Below are positions 38,402-50,400 of a DNA stretch of 58,135 bases, in pieces. The notes under the pieces are model-generated. The model did no database searches. It was not told the origin of the DNA and saw only the letters and a program-made list of their open reading frames with translations. How positions within the stretch are numbered: the first letter of the stretch is position 1; each line of letters begins with the position of its first letter. Source of the DNA: a virus (taxonomy: Duplodnaviria > Caudoviricetes); IMG/VR virus record IMGVR_UViG_3300042526_000572, positions 1-58,135 of that record, one strand, 5' to 3'. Both the position numbers and the translations under genes were made by a program.

Positions 38402-41400
38402 ATGAAAAAATATCAACTTGGAAGCCTTGTACAAAACCCTGATACAGGGGATTTGTATAAGATAGATAATTCTACAGACGCTCTAGACGGACTTACTTTA
38501 AGAGACTTTGAAAATATTTTTGGAGATGAAGAGAGGGATGATGAAATAGTTCTGCCAGATAATTTTGGCGAATCTCAGTATGATACAGAAGTTACTTCTC
38601 CAAAAGAACTAGAAAATCTAGATAATTTTAGAGCTTATTCGCAGACACCTCTGGATGCTCTTGGAAACTCCATTGTTAAGTTTGTAGGATTAACATCTTT
38701 CGGCATAGTATCTGGTACTAAAGGAGTTGCAAAAGGTTTATTAGATGCAAAAGCGGCAGTAGGTGACTACTTAGACGAAAACCAGTCTGACGAGAAGCTG
38801 ACTACTTGGGAAAAATTAAAAGGTGGGGGAAATGCTGCATTAGACGCTTTTACTGGGAATTCAGTATTTAAAGCTATGGAAGAGGATTCGGAAGAATTAA
38901 ACGAAAAATTTCCTCATTACTACTCACAAGCTGAAAGAGAAAGTGACTTTGTAAGTCAGTTGACCACTTACAATATGTGGGGGGATAAGTTTGTAAATGG
39001 CTTGAGTTTCCTAGCATCTGCAGCCATAACTGGAGGAGGTGTAAAATCAGCTGTAGAGTTAGGTTTTACTTCAATGGGGGCAGCAAAAGCTCTCTTAATA
39101 GGCACAAGACTGGCTCCAGAAGCTGTTCGTGCAGCTACTTTAACAAGTTCTATCGCTACAAGAGCTGCTGCTGCCTCTGGTGCAACTCAAAAAGCAGTGA
39201 CAATAACAGCACAAGCAATAGCAGGTTCAGGTTATGAATCTGCCTTAGAAGCGGTAGCTGTTAAGGACGCTATTATAAATGATTATTTAGAGGATGGGGT
39301 TGATGCTAGAGGCTATAAAATATCTAAAAGGTCTAAAGAATGGAGCAATCTTACAAGGGAAGAAAAACTAAAGCATCTATCCACTAAAGAATTGCAAGCA
39401 CTTATGGGCCAAGCAGCTAGTATGCATAACGCAACTTTTGGTATAAGTTTCGCAGTAACAAGTCTGAGTAACGTGTTTATGCTTGGGCAAGTATATGGCG
39501 TAGGAATTGTAAAACACAGTCAAGCCCTTAATAAACTTAAAGTTGGTACAGACAAAGCTTTAGACTCTGCATTAGGATATAAAGGAGTGTTAGGTGCTAC
39601 AGGAATAGACAGAGTAAAAGGATTTGGAAGCTGGGGGCTTAGAGCTTCCCAAGAAGCTGGAGAAGAAGCCATACAAGGCATAACTAGCAAAACAGCTACG
39701 GATTATGCTTCTAAGTCTGTACTCACAGATGCAGGATTTACAAATGAAAATGAAGATTTTGTAAAAAGTTTGGCAAGGGCTTTAAAAGACCAAGCTTTTA
39801 CAACTGAAGGTCAAACAGAAGTGTTCCTTGGATTTGCTTTAGGTGCAATGGGAATGCCTAAAAAATTTGGAGGAAGTGGATTAGCTTGGACTGGAGAAAT
39901 AGAAGAGCAAAAACGAGCAAGAGCCTCTAGAGAAAATCTTACAGAGTTTCAAACCAAGAATATTGAGCGTATGGAAGAACTTGCTAAAAAGAATCCCAAT
40001 TTTGGTAAAGGGACTATTTTAGCTATGGTTGCTGTAGAAAATATTAGAAAAAGCGAAAAAGACTTTAACGAAGCAATGGCTTCTGGAGACATAGCTACTG
40101 CAAAGTCTATTGAAATGGATAACTCCTTTGACATGTTCTTGGCCAAAGACTTGGTGGGAGAGCTTCCAAACTTAGAGGCGGAGTTTTACAAAGGATTAAA
40201 ACGCGAAGGAGAGGATTTCAAAACTGCTTTTGGGTATTCTGAGGAAATGACTAAAGCTCAGATAAATGATAGAAAGATTCAGTTGAGGTATTCTTTCGAA
40301 TCAGCTATCAAAAACTACAAAGAAGCTGTAAAAGTTGTAGACAAGGTTTATAACCTGTCTGAAGAAGATAAGTACAAGAAAATTTCTCATCCAAACTCTC
40401 CTGCATTTATACGTAGGATAATGATTCATGCTGCAGTTTCTGCTGAAAACAGAGACATGAGAGAAAAAGCAGTTATTGCTAAAGCTGCAGAAATTATAGG
40501 TGGAGATATTACATCTAAAGATGGATTAGTAGATACTATTACTATTCAAACTCCAGATGGGCCCAGAGTAATCCCTATGGGCACCATGAATGCTTTGGTT
40601 GAAGACGAGTACGGAGTTAAAAACTTTCAAACTGTAGATTTTCAACGCAGAGAAACTGCTCTTCGGTTACGTCAACTTGCTGCTGTCCCAAAAAGACAAC
40701 AAGATGCAGAGCATATAAAAAGAGTTGAAGACCTTCAAGCTTTGTTTGATGTTCTAAAAAGAGAAACAAATGGAGATAAGCCTGTTTTATCTCTGTTCTT
40801 AGAAAATGGGAATGACTCTGAAGCTAAAACTTTAGATGAGTGGATTGCTCAAGACCCTTTGCGAGCTGGAGATAGTGAAGAACTTAAGCAATTGTTGAGT
40901 GATGCACGTAGATTAAGAGCTGAACGTCACTATTTTGCCTCTTTGTTTCAAAAACTTACTACAAAAGAGGGTAAGAAAGAGATGTCTGATAAGCTAACTA
41001 AGTTACAGAAAGACTTAGTAGAAGCTCAACTAGAAGCTGGAACAAAAGAAGAAAAAGAAGCTTTAAAAAAGTTAAGTATAGATGAGCTTAAGGCTAAGTT
41101 AGCTTTATACTCTTCAGATTTAACTATTAGACTTGATGAGTTTATAGAAAATGTACAACTTAAAAAAGAGACTCTTAGAACTAATCTAGAGCTTGTAGAC
41201 ATGCTCCAACCTTTTATGGAGCAACTAACTGCTAAAGGTAAAAAGAAACTTAGGGGGGCAAACCGTAAGACTCTTGTAGACCCTAAGACTGGAAATAAAA
41301 TGGCTCTTTTGACTGTACAAGAGTATAAAACTCTTTACGAAAAAGCTGTACAAGAAATACCAGGATTAGAAAGAGAACTTGCAAATATAGATGAATCTGT

Positions 41401-44400
41401 AGAAGCTAGGATTAAATCTACAGAAGAACTTAAATATCAATTAAATGCTCTTATTGTAACTAAAACTCCTAATCCTGAAGGATATGAAGCTTACTTAAAA
41501 GCTAAAGATAAAGTAGATGCTTTTGAATACCTTAGGGAAGCTTTGAATCTGCCTGAAGACTTTAACTACGAAAGTTTTACGTATTTCTCTGAAAACGAAG
41601 AGGACATAAGAGTTTCTTTTAAAGAGGCTTTGACCTTAATGGATGATGGAATTGAAGCAATGGCTTTAGGAGTAATGTCAGCAACTGCTGAGTTAGATTC
41701 CTACAAAGCTCTTCTTGAAGGACATAGAAATGCTATGGCAAGTGTAGACTTGCTTCAAACAGCAGATACTGATGAGAATATAAAAGCTACTGTAGCAGCT
41801 TTAGAAGAACTCCTCAGAGTAGCTAATCAAAATTTAGTGGAAGCTCAAGAACGTAAAAAAGAACTTGAGAAGAACTACAATACTATACGAAGACTACAAG
41901 CATACATGAAAGCTATGGCTTGGGACGCTTCTACAGCTCACAAAGATGCTATAGGAAGTGTAGAGTTGGACCTTGAAAGTGTTATTAGTGCAAGTATACT
42001 GGACACTTCGTACACACCTGTTACAGGTGATGCAAGATTTTTACCAGATATTGCTCAAAATAAAAATGGATTCCTTAAAACTACAGGCGATAATGCTAGT
42101 AGTTTAAATAGGTACATAGAATTGTCAAAACAGATTTCTTTAACTGACAATGAAAAGAAAGATTTGAGGCAAGCTAAAAACCAAGTTATTTGGTATGATT
42201 GGTTGTCTAAATCTGAATCTGGAAAAGGTAATCCTTTAAATCCATTTGTAAAAATTTTACTTATAACTGAAAAGTCTCTTGCACATCCAGGAATTCCTCA
42301 AAGTCTTAGAGATGCTTTGTCAGGTACATTTGAGGGAAATGAGGATGTTAAAGCTGTAATTGTTAAGACTAATAAAGTAGATGGGCAAAACACTTGGGAA
42401 GCTGTGACTCATCAAGGAGGTATAGTTTTTACATCTTTAATGGATCCAGAATTAAGGACTAAGTCTGGAGAGGAAAGGTTTACAAATAAACTTGGCACAC
42501 CCAGAACAGGTCCTGAAATGCAAGGTATAGTAGAGGAGTTTGCAGCTTGGAAAAGTACTGTGCTATCTGCTAATGAACCAAGATTTGTACCTATTACTGG
42601 AAAGTCTAACGGGACAGTTGTTGTAAATAAAGCTCCAGACGCTCCTTTACTTTTTTCAGACGCTGCAGTAATGTATGGGGTAGGAGTTAAGAACACAAAG
42701 CTTATGGCTGCGGTTAAACTTACCAAAGCAGAAATTGCTACTGGAAAGAATTTAAAGCCTTCTCCAAAAAGTCCATCTGTATGGTCTAAATTGGGTATGG
42801 TATGGGCCTACGACCATGTAAGAGCAGTTCTTGTGCCAAGCGAACGTCAACGATTAAGCGCCTCTACAGCACTCACTGTATCTCGTCTTTTGCAGTTACA
42901 ACTTAAGACTATTAAAGAATACAATGATCAAGGAGAATCTCTTGGAAATGCAGTTAAAAGGTCTAAACTCCTTACTTTAATATCTACAAAAATAGATGAC
43001 CCTATTTCAATTGAAGCCAATAAAACTTCTAAGGCAAAGGTCAAACCTGCTATTAAACAAATAGATGTAAACATAACTTTACAGGACCATTTGAATGATT
43101 TAGTCATTCTTACTAGCTCTGTTGGGCCATACGCACTTGATATAAGGATTGAAGATAAAGAAGGCGTCATCATCTATGGGAATAATCCTGCAGATGGGAA
43201 ACCCTATACTATGTCTTTAGCAGACTTTGCTATCCCTGCAGCTCAAAAAAAGTTTTTAGATTTCCTGCAAACTAAATTTCACCAAGCCAATGCAAATACA
43301 ATAGACAATGCAATGGCCGAAGAATTTTCTGAGTACAAAGGGAAAGGAGGAAAGCCTGAAAAACGCTCTGAGAATAAGTTTAAACCACTTACTCCTTGGG
43401 TAAAAGTATCTATTGGAGAAGATTTAAGAATAAATCCTATTCAACCATCTACAGTATTTCACAGTTACAACCATTATTTGCTTACACCTTCTGCAAAAGA
43501 AGAAAAAGCTCCTATAATGTTTAAGACTATGCCATTTAAGAATGTCCTAGCTGTGCAAAGGACTAAAGGAGGGTACTTAACTTTTGGTAAAGGATTAAGT
43601 CAATCAGGTCAAGTTGCAACACCTTTTAGCACATTTTCTTATAAAGCAGATGCTAAAAATGCAACAACTGAAACTGTAGAGACTCCTAAAGTGCCTGCAG
43701 TCAGTCTTACTGCACCTACAGCAGAAGATTTAGGGTCAAATTGGTTGCAAACTACTTCTGAAGAAAAAGAAAATCCTTTTCCTCAAAAAGAAAATGTAGA
43801 AGGAGAAGTTCCACCATCTACTGAAGATGATGAAATAGCTGCTCAAATAGCTGCTGCAGGAAATCTTGTTGTACAAAACTCTAATCTTGAGTTACTAACT
43901 TCAACAACAAATGTTCCAGGAGATGTTCAAAATGTAGAGACTCCTATTTTAAGAGAAAACACTTTACATGAAAACATATTAGCTGTACCAGAGCTTTTTA
44001 AAACACTTAAGGCAGAGAATATATCAAAAACTTTAAATATTGGAGGTAAAGTATCTGCTTTAAGTGTTCCGGCTATCACTATAACAGTTTCTGGTAAAAC
44101 TGTTGAAATTGCAAATTATGAGATAGTTGAAGCTACAAAAGAAAATCCAAATGGAATTGAGTTGTCTTTTTTAAGAGAAGACCCTGTTCCAGATAAACTT
44201 AGAGAGGAAATATTAAAGCGCATTGCGGAAGCTATAGAAATGCCATTTTTGAATCTGTTTCAAGCAAATAATCCTCGCACTCTACAAATACTTGAAACTA
44301 TTGATGAGGAAAAAGCACGAGTTCTTGGAATGACTCCGTTGTCAATAGCTGACTCTCAAATACTCATTACATCTTTGAGTACAGAAGGAGTTGCTCAACT

Positions 44401-47400
44401 TACAGATTATGGGAAAGTATTAATAAGCAAGTTTGCTCCTGGAGGTGCTTTGTACCATGAAGCTTTCCACAACATCTCTTTGTATGTTTTATCTCCAAAA
44501 GACTCTAAATACTTGTACGACAAGGTTAGGGCAATTCCTGGGAGTATTACTACGTACCAAGGAGAAACTAAAAAGCTTTCAGAACTATCTAATAAAGAGG
44601 CTGAAGAGTGGTTGGCAGAAGAGTTTAGATACTACTTACTTGACCCATCTTACAAAGTAGCTAAGACCAGTGTAACTGACACAAGAAGTGCTATCAAAAG
44701 ATTCTTTGATTTCTTAAAGACCACTATTAGAAGATTTACAAAGACTAATGAGAACTTTGAGTTTGATAAAAATTTAAACTCAATAGAAGGTCTATTTAAA
44801 GCTATAGAAGGAGGTAAGTTCTTAAATGCTTCAAGGCATAGTGAAAAAGGATACGCTGGAATATATAATATGTCTTTAAAAGATGCGGGATTGACTGTTA
44901 AATTTCAAAGAGACTTGGTAGACATATTTATAGCTGAAATTGGCAATGCAGTAGATGGGGACAAAATAAATATGAATCTAGAAGATTTGTATATAGGTAT
45001 GACCTTAAAAGAAGAGGAGTCAAGAGTAAAAGCATTATATACAAGAGCATTTTTTGATTTAAGAGAAAAGCTTTTAATTAAAGAAGCAGAGTTTTTGAAA
45101 GCCACTGAAGGTAAAGAAAGACCTGCTGAAGAAGTTGTTTCTTATGTTCCATCTACTGTTCCTATTGCTGTTCCAGTACAAAAAGAAAATATATCTAGCA
45201 AAGGCTCTGAATTTGCCAAAAAACTTACCAATGTAGGAAATACGGTAGGATTAACTTATAAAGGTAAATCTTACGTTAACTCTGAACACGCTTATCAAAC
45301 TTGGAAATCAGGTGAATTTAATCAAGCAGGTTACGATTTAAAAGGTGGTAAAGTAAGAGGAGGTAAAATTGGAGACACCTTCTCCATAATGACAGATATT
45401 TTGACTGAAAAGTTAAAACAAAACCCTGAACTTATAGAGGGTATTAACCAAAGAGGTGGGTTGGGTTATGTTCAGCAATCCACTCACAATGTAATTGGCG
45501 ATAAGTTTTGGGAGTCAACTGGTCAAAATAAATTTATAGAGGCTCTTACTAAAGCCTATCAAAATGTGGCACCTCAAGCCACCTCTTCACCTGTTCTGGA
45601 AAAACCTGTTGCACCTAAAAAGAAACCCTCAGAACTGGCTTTAAATTTTATGAAGTTAGAGGCTGTTCAAGCGTATCTTAAAATTACAGGCAGAAGTTTG
45701 CAAGAAAGAGGTAATCCAGCAATTCTTAAAGAACTTGCAGATAAGCACTTTGCTGAAATGAAGTTTAAAGAGCCTAAAGAAGCTACAGATGAAGAAGGAA
45801 AAACTAAAGACATGTATGACAGAGAAGTTCATACAGAAGGTCCTATAAACACAGCTGAGAGCGCTATACGACTTCTTTTAGGTGGGATTACGGATCCATC
45901 ATCTATGACCACTGCGTCTTTACCAGGAACTTATCCTTTGAGTCTTCAAAAAATACATGGGGGTAAAAGCGTACATGGCATATTTAAGGTTTTGCAAGAT
46001 TGGTGTATGAATTCTACCTCTTTAGATCAGATTATAGAGACTGTCAAAAAGAAAGGTGAGATTTATGTGCCAAACACAAGAACTAAAAAGTATCCTTGGG
46101 TAAGTACTGTGCTTAAACGTATAGAGCATCTTCAATCTATAGATGATACACAAATTGTAGGTATGGACTTAACTGCTACAGCTAAGCATAACATGCTTAT
46201 ATCTATTACAGCTCAACTTACTAAAGCTAATCAACCTCCTATGCTTACTTTGCTTCAACAGCAAGGAACTGAACTAGGAGCATATAATAGGATAAGTATT
46301 TTAAATCCTACAGATGAAGCTGAAATAGGAGCTATTACAAATGAGTGGAAGAATAACCTCATTACTTTAGTAAATAGAGGGCAAGCTAAACATGTTAAAA
46401 TTATAAACAATGTGTTTCAATTTGACCCATCTGTACCAATTATCCCAAGTAATCCAAATAGTAAACTTATAAATGTTTCTTCATTAGTTGAAAAAGCTTC
46501 TATAAGAGAAATTATAGACTACTTAAAACCGTTAGGTATAGTTTTCTCTAATGAAGAACGATTAATAAATGCGTTTGAAGAGATAAATGAAGAGGGAGAA
46601 ATTGAAGAAGACTTTGAAGCTATTCAAGAATTACGAGAAAATTTAGGTAACATATTTAGTGGATTGTCTAGTCCATTAACAAGTTCAGGGGCATCTGTAA
46701 ACCTATATAGTAGGAATACATCTGAAACCGCATCTCGTATGCGTAAAATAGTTGAGTTAGAAAATAAATATGGTGACCGCATAAAAAATGCAAGTTCACA
46801 TATTCATGGAAAAGTTGAATACGATATTACTGAAGGAAATACACTTACGTTGGTTGCAAATAGTGTTTTAAGCACTCTTGCACACCTTAACCCTGCAACA
46901 GTTCCTTACAGTAGAAATAGCCTCACTGTAGCAGCTCAAACAATTAAAGTAAAAGCTGGAGAAGCTCATGCTTTACCTGTGTACCGGTCTATAGGATTAA
47001 AAGAGGACAAGTCTGGAGAAACAGGTGCCAAAACAAATAAACTTGAGGTTCCAGAGATTTTAGCAGAGAAAATTAGAACTATTCAAGAAGGATTTTCTCC
47101 TCTACCACCAGCTGCTGATAAAAATACTGTGTTGAATGTGGCTTTAGGTATATGGGAACCATTGAGTAATGGAGTTGGAAAAGTCACTTATGAAAAAAGT
47201 GAAAGCGCTCTTTTAAATTACTTAGAGGATGAAATTCTAGCAAGTGTAGTTGGTATGCGAGAACTTTCTTACATCAAAAATTACGAAACTAATATTCAAA
47301 AACTTAGGTACTTTGAAGGTATAGTTGGACCTAAGAATAATTCTTTAGTAGAAAACTACTTAAAAGACTCGAAAGAAACCAATAAGATTTACGAAGAGTT

Positions 47401-50400
47401 TAAGACCACTCAAAAAAGTCCTACTCTAGATGCATTTATGTTAAAAAACAAAGATGCTTTTACCAAATCTATAAAATCTTATGTTGCAGAAAGTGGAGAG
47501 AGATTAAAAGAAGATTTAATCTACAACCATTTAATACGTTTAGATGATAAAGGAGGAGTGTATGTTACAGGTTTAGATGCATTAGTTATTAATGCAGGTA
47601 CCACTAACAAAACTTCTTACATAAAAGACTTTCAGCTTGAAGGAATTCTAGAAGATCTTGTTCTTCGTCAAATTATAGGGAACAATGAAATATTTAAAAT
47701 TCTACTAGGAGACCCTGCATTTTACTCAGATCTTCTTAAAAGAGTTGGTGGAGCTCCAGGTCCTAAAACTTTAGGTAGCACTGATTTAGATAGTATTGCT
47801 TTCTTTGGTAAAGATGCAATTGCAAAAGGATATGTGAGTGAGACAGGCATTATAAATGGATTGACCATAGAAGAGCCAATTTTTATAAATAAAACTGTCT
47901 TAGGAGATTTAACTGAAGAGCTTCAAAAAGCTTATGAAGCTCCAATTGATATGTCAGATGGTTCCATATTCGTTCTTCCAGAAGTTTACAGATTCCTAGA
48001 AGGAATGACAAATCAATGGGGATTTGAAAAAGAGACTATGTATCATCGTTTGATGGACTCTAAAACTCCTGAAGGAAAAGAGTTTGAAAGCATTTATGGC
48101 GGAACTTTAAGTCCAAGTAAGCCACAATATTATGGTCCAGCTTTAAAAGAAGGGCAAAATGTTGTGTCAGCTTTCTTAAAAATGGCTGTATTTCCAATTG
48201 ATGACTCTATGAGTGTAATCAATGGGGTGAAGTACAAAAACATAGATACTATCTTAAAGTTTATGAGGGAAAACAACACTGGGTTTTTAGTGCTCCCCTC
48301 AGCACAAAAAGTAGGTGGGGTAGATCCTAAACAAGGGATACTACCTAAAATAAATGAAATCATTTACCAAGCAACTGGTGAAATAGTCTTTATACCTGGA
48401 AAAAAAGGTAAAGTTGACCCAAGAGCTTTTACAGGGTTTGACATAAAGTATTTTGGCGCTCAGTTAAAAACTGGAGCTGAAGCTAAAAAAAGTACAGCTA
48501 CTGCAACTCAAGCAAGAGTGCAGATGTACACAGACTTGTATGAAAATGGTCAAGTGTCTGAGTACATGTTCCCAAATCCTACAAGAAGAGCTGAAGTAGA
48601 AAGCATTTTAAGTGATTACACTGAAACCTTAAATCTTTTAACAACTAAGTCTACAAAAAAACTTCTTCAAGACCTTAAAATTCCCTACGTTCAAGATGAA
48701 TTGACAGGAGAATGGGGGTACAAGATGAGTAAAGGTTCTTACGAACAAATTTTAAAAGTTCTAGAAGCTTCTGGGTCAGACAATAGTCTTGGAGAACAAA
48801 TTATGGAGGGGATAGAGTATTTTAAAACTCTTGACGAATTCAAATTTGAACATTTTGTAGCAGGTCCAAGAATAGAAAAAATGCTTGCCTCCCACATGGA
48901 AGGTAAAGTTACAAGGTCTAAGTATAAAGGTGCAGGACTTATTCTTGCCTCTAACTTAGGGTACGAGTTTTCAGAGACACAAAACGAAGATGGTACTACA
49001 ACTATTGCAGACAAAAGATTAAAATTAGGAGTAAATCCTGAAACAAATGCGTATGAGTTAGAGGTTTTTCTCCCTCATTATTTTGAGGAGTTCTTTGGTA
49101 AAGATTTTTTGATAACAGATGAAGGTATAATTGATCCTGTTACTAAAGAAGTGTATCCTGGAAGTAAAGGACTTCTAAGTATGATTGGAATTCGTATCCC
49201 TACAGACGGATTACACTCTATAGATGTTATACGAGTAAAAGGATTCTTGCCTCAAATAATGGGACCAAGAGTAGTTGTACCAGAACTTCTTGTAAGAAAA
49301 GCAGGATCTGACTTTGATGTGGACAAATTGACCACATATTTTCAAAGTTATAAAGTTATTAAAGGAAAACTTGTACGGGAGCAAATGCGCACTGTAGAAG
49401 AATACTTTAATCAAAAATTAAAGCAATCGGAGTCAGGACTTTACACTGAAGAAGAGCTTTTAGAGTTTGAAGAGAGTGTAGAATCTGCAGAAGATATATT
49501 AGCTAGAAGAGAAGCTATTAAAAATAAAAATGCAGCTGTTATTTCTAACACAATAGAAAGGTTGACCAATGAAGAATACAAAAAGTACCATGATCAATAT
49601 GGTGCAATCTCTTTTGAGACATGGCTTTCAGAAAACCCTACAACTGTTGCAGATGTAAATACTACAGGAGCTTTGCAAAATCATATTATGGATGTGATGG
49701 CAAAACTTATTCAACTTCCTGAACGTAAGAATGCACTTATGAGCCCTGTAAATACAGACACTGCAGCTAAGGTTTCAAAAGAACTTTTAGAAGCTCACAA
49801 TCTTACTGGAAATAGATACAAGATACCTACTCTATCCAATAAAGATGCAGTAGAAGAAGTAGATGAAAATGGTAAAAAATTACCTAAAAAAACTATTCCA
49901 CTAGCGGACAGTTTAGGTATAGGAGAAGTGTCTCGTGTTCAATACGCATATTGGGAGGGAAAAAGTGTTACTGCAATAGCTGCTGTGTTTAGTACTTTTA
50001 AGATAAAAGCGCAAATAGCAGGATTACAACTTGCTCCAAACCTTTTTGGTACTGTAGATGGTTCTTCAGTTTTTGTAAAATACAATTTTGCTGAAACTGA
50101 AAATTTTGATAAAAACGCTCCAGTAGAATTAGGGAGAATAAGAGACTTAAATCTTGTTGAAGAAGATAGGGTCCATATTACCTCTATAAATAGCGAAAGC
50201 GTGAACACAGCTGTAGACACTGTAAACACCCCATATTTGCATATCCTAAATATGGGTATTAGAAATGCAAGTGCTGGACTGTCTTTGATAAATATTGGGG
50301 TACCACTTAAAAGTGTTTCAGCATTATTCAATCAACCTATAGTGAAAATATTTACGCATGAATTGAATATATCAAAGGGAAGAGTATTTAAAGCTTTTAA

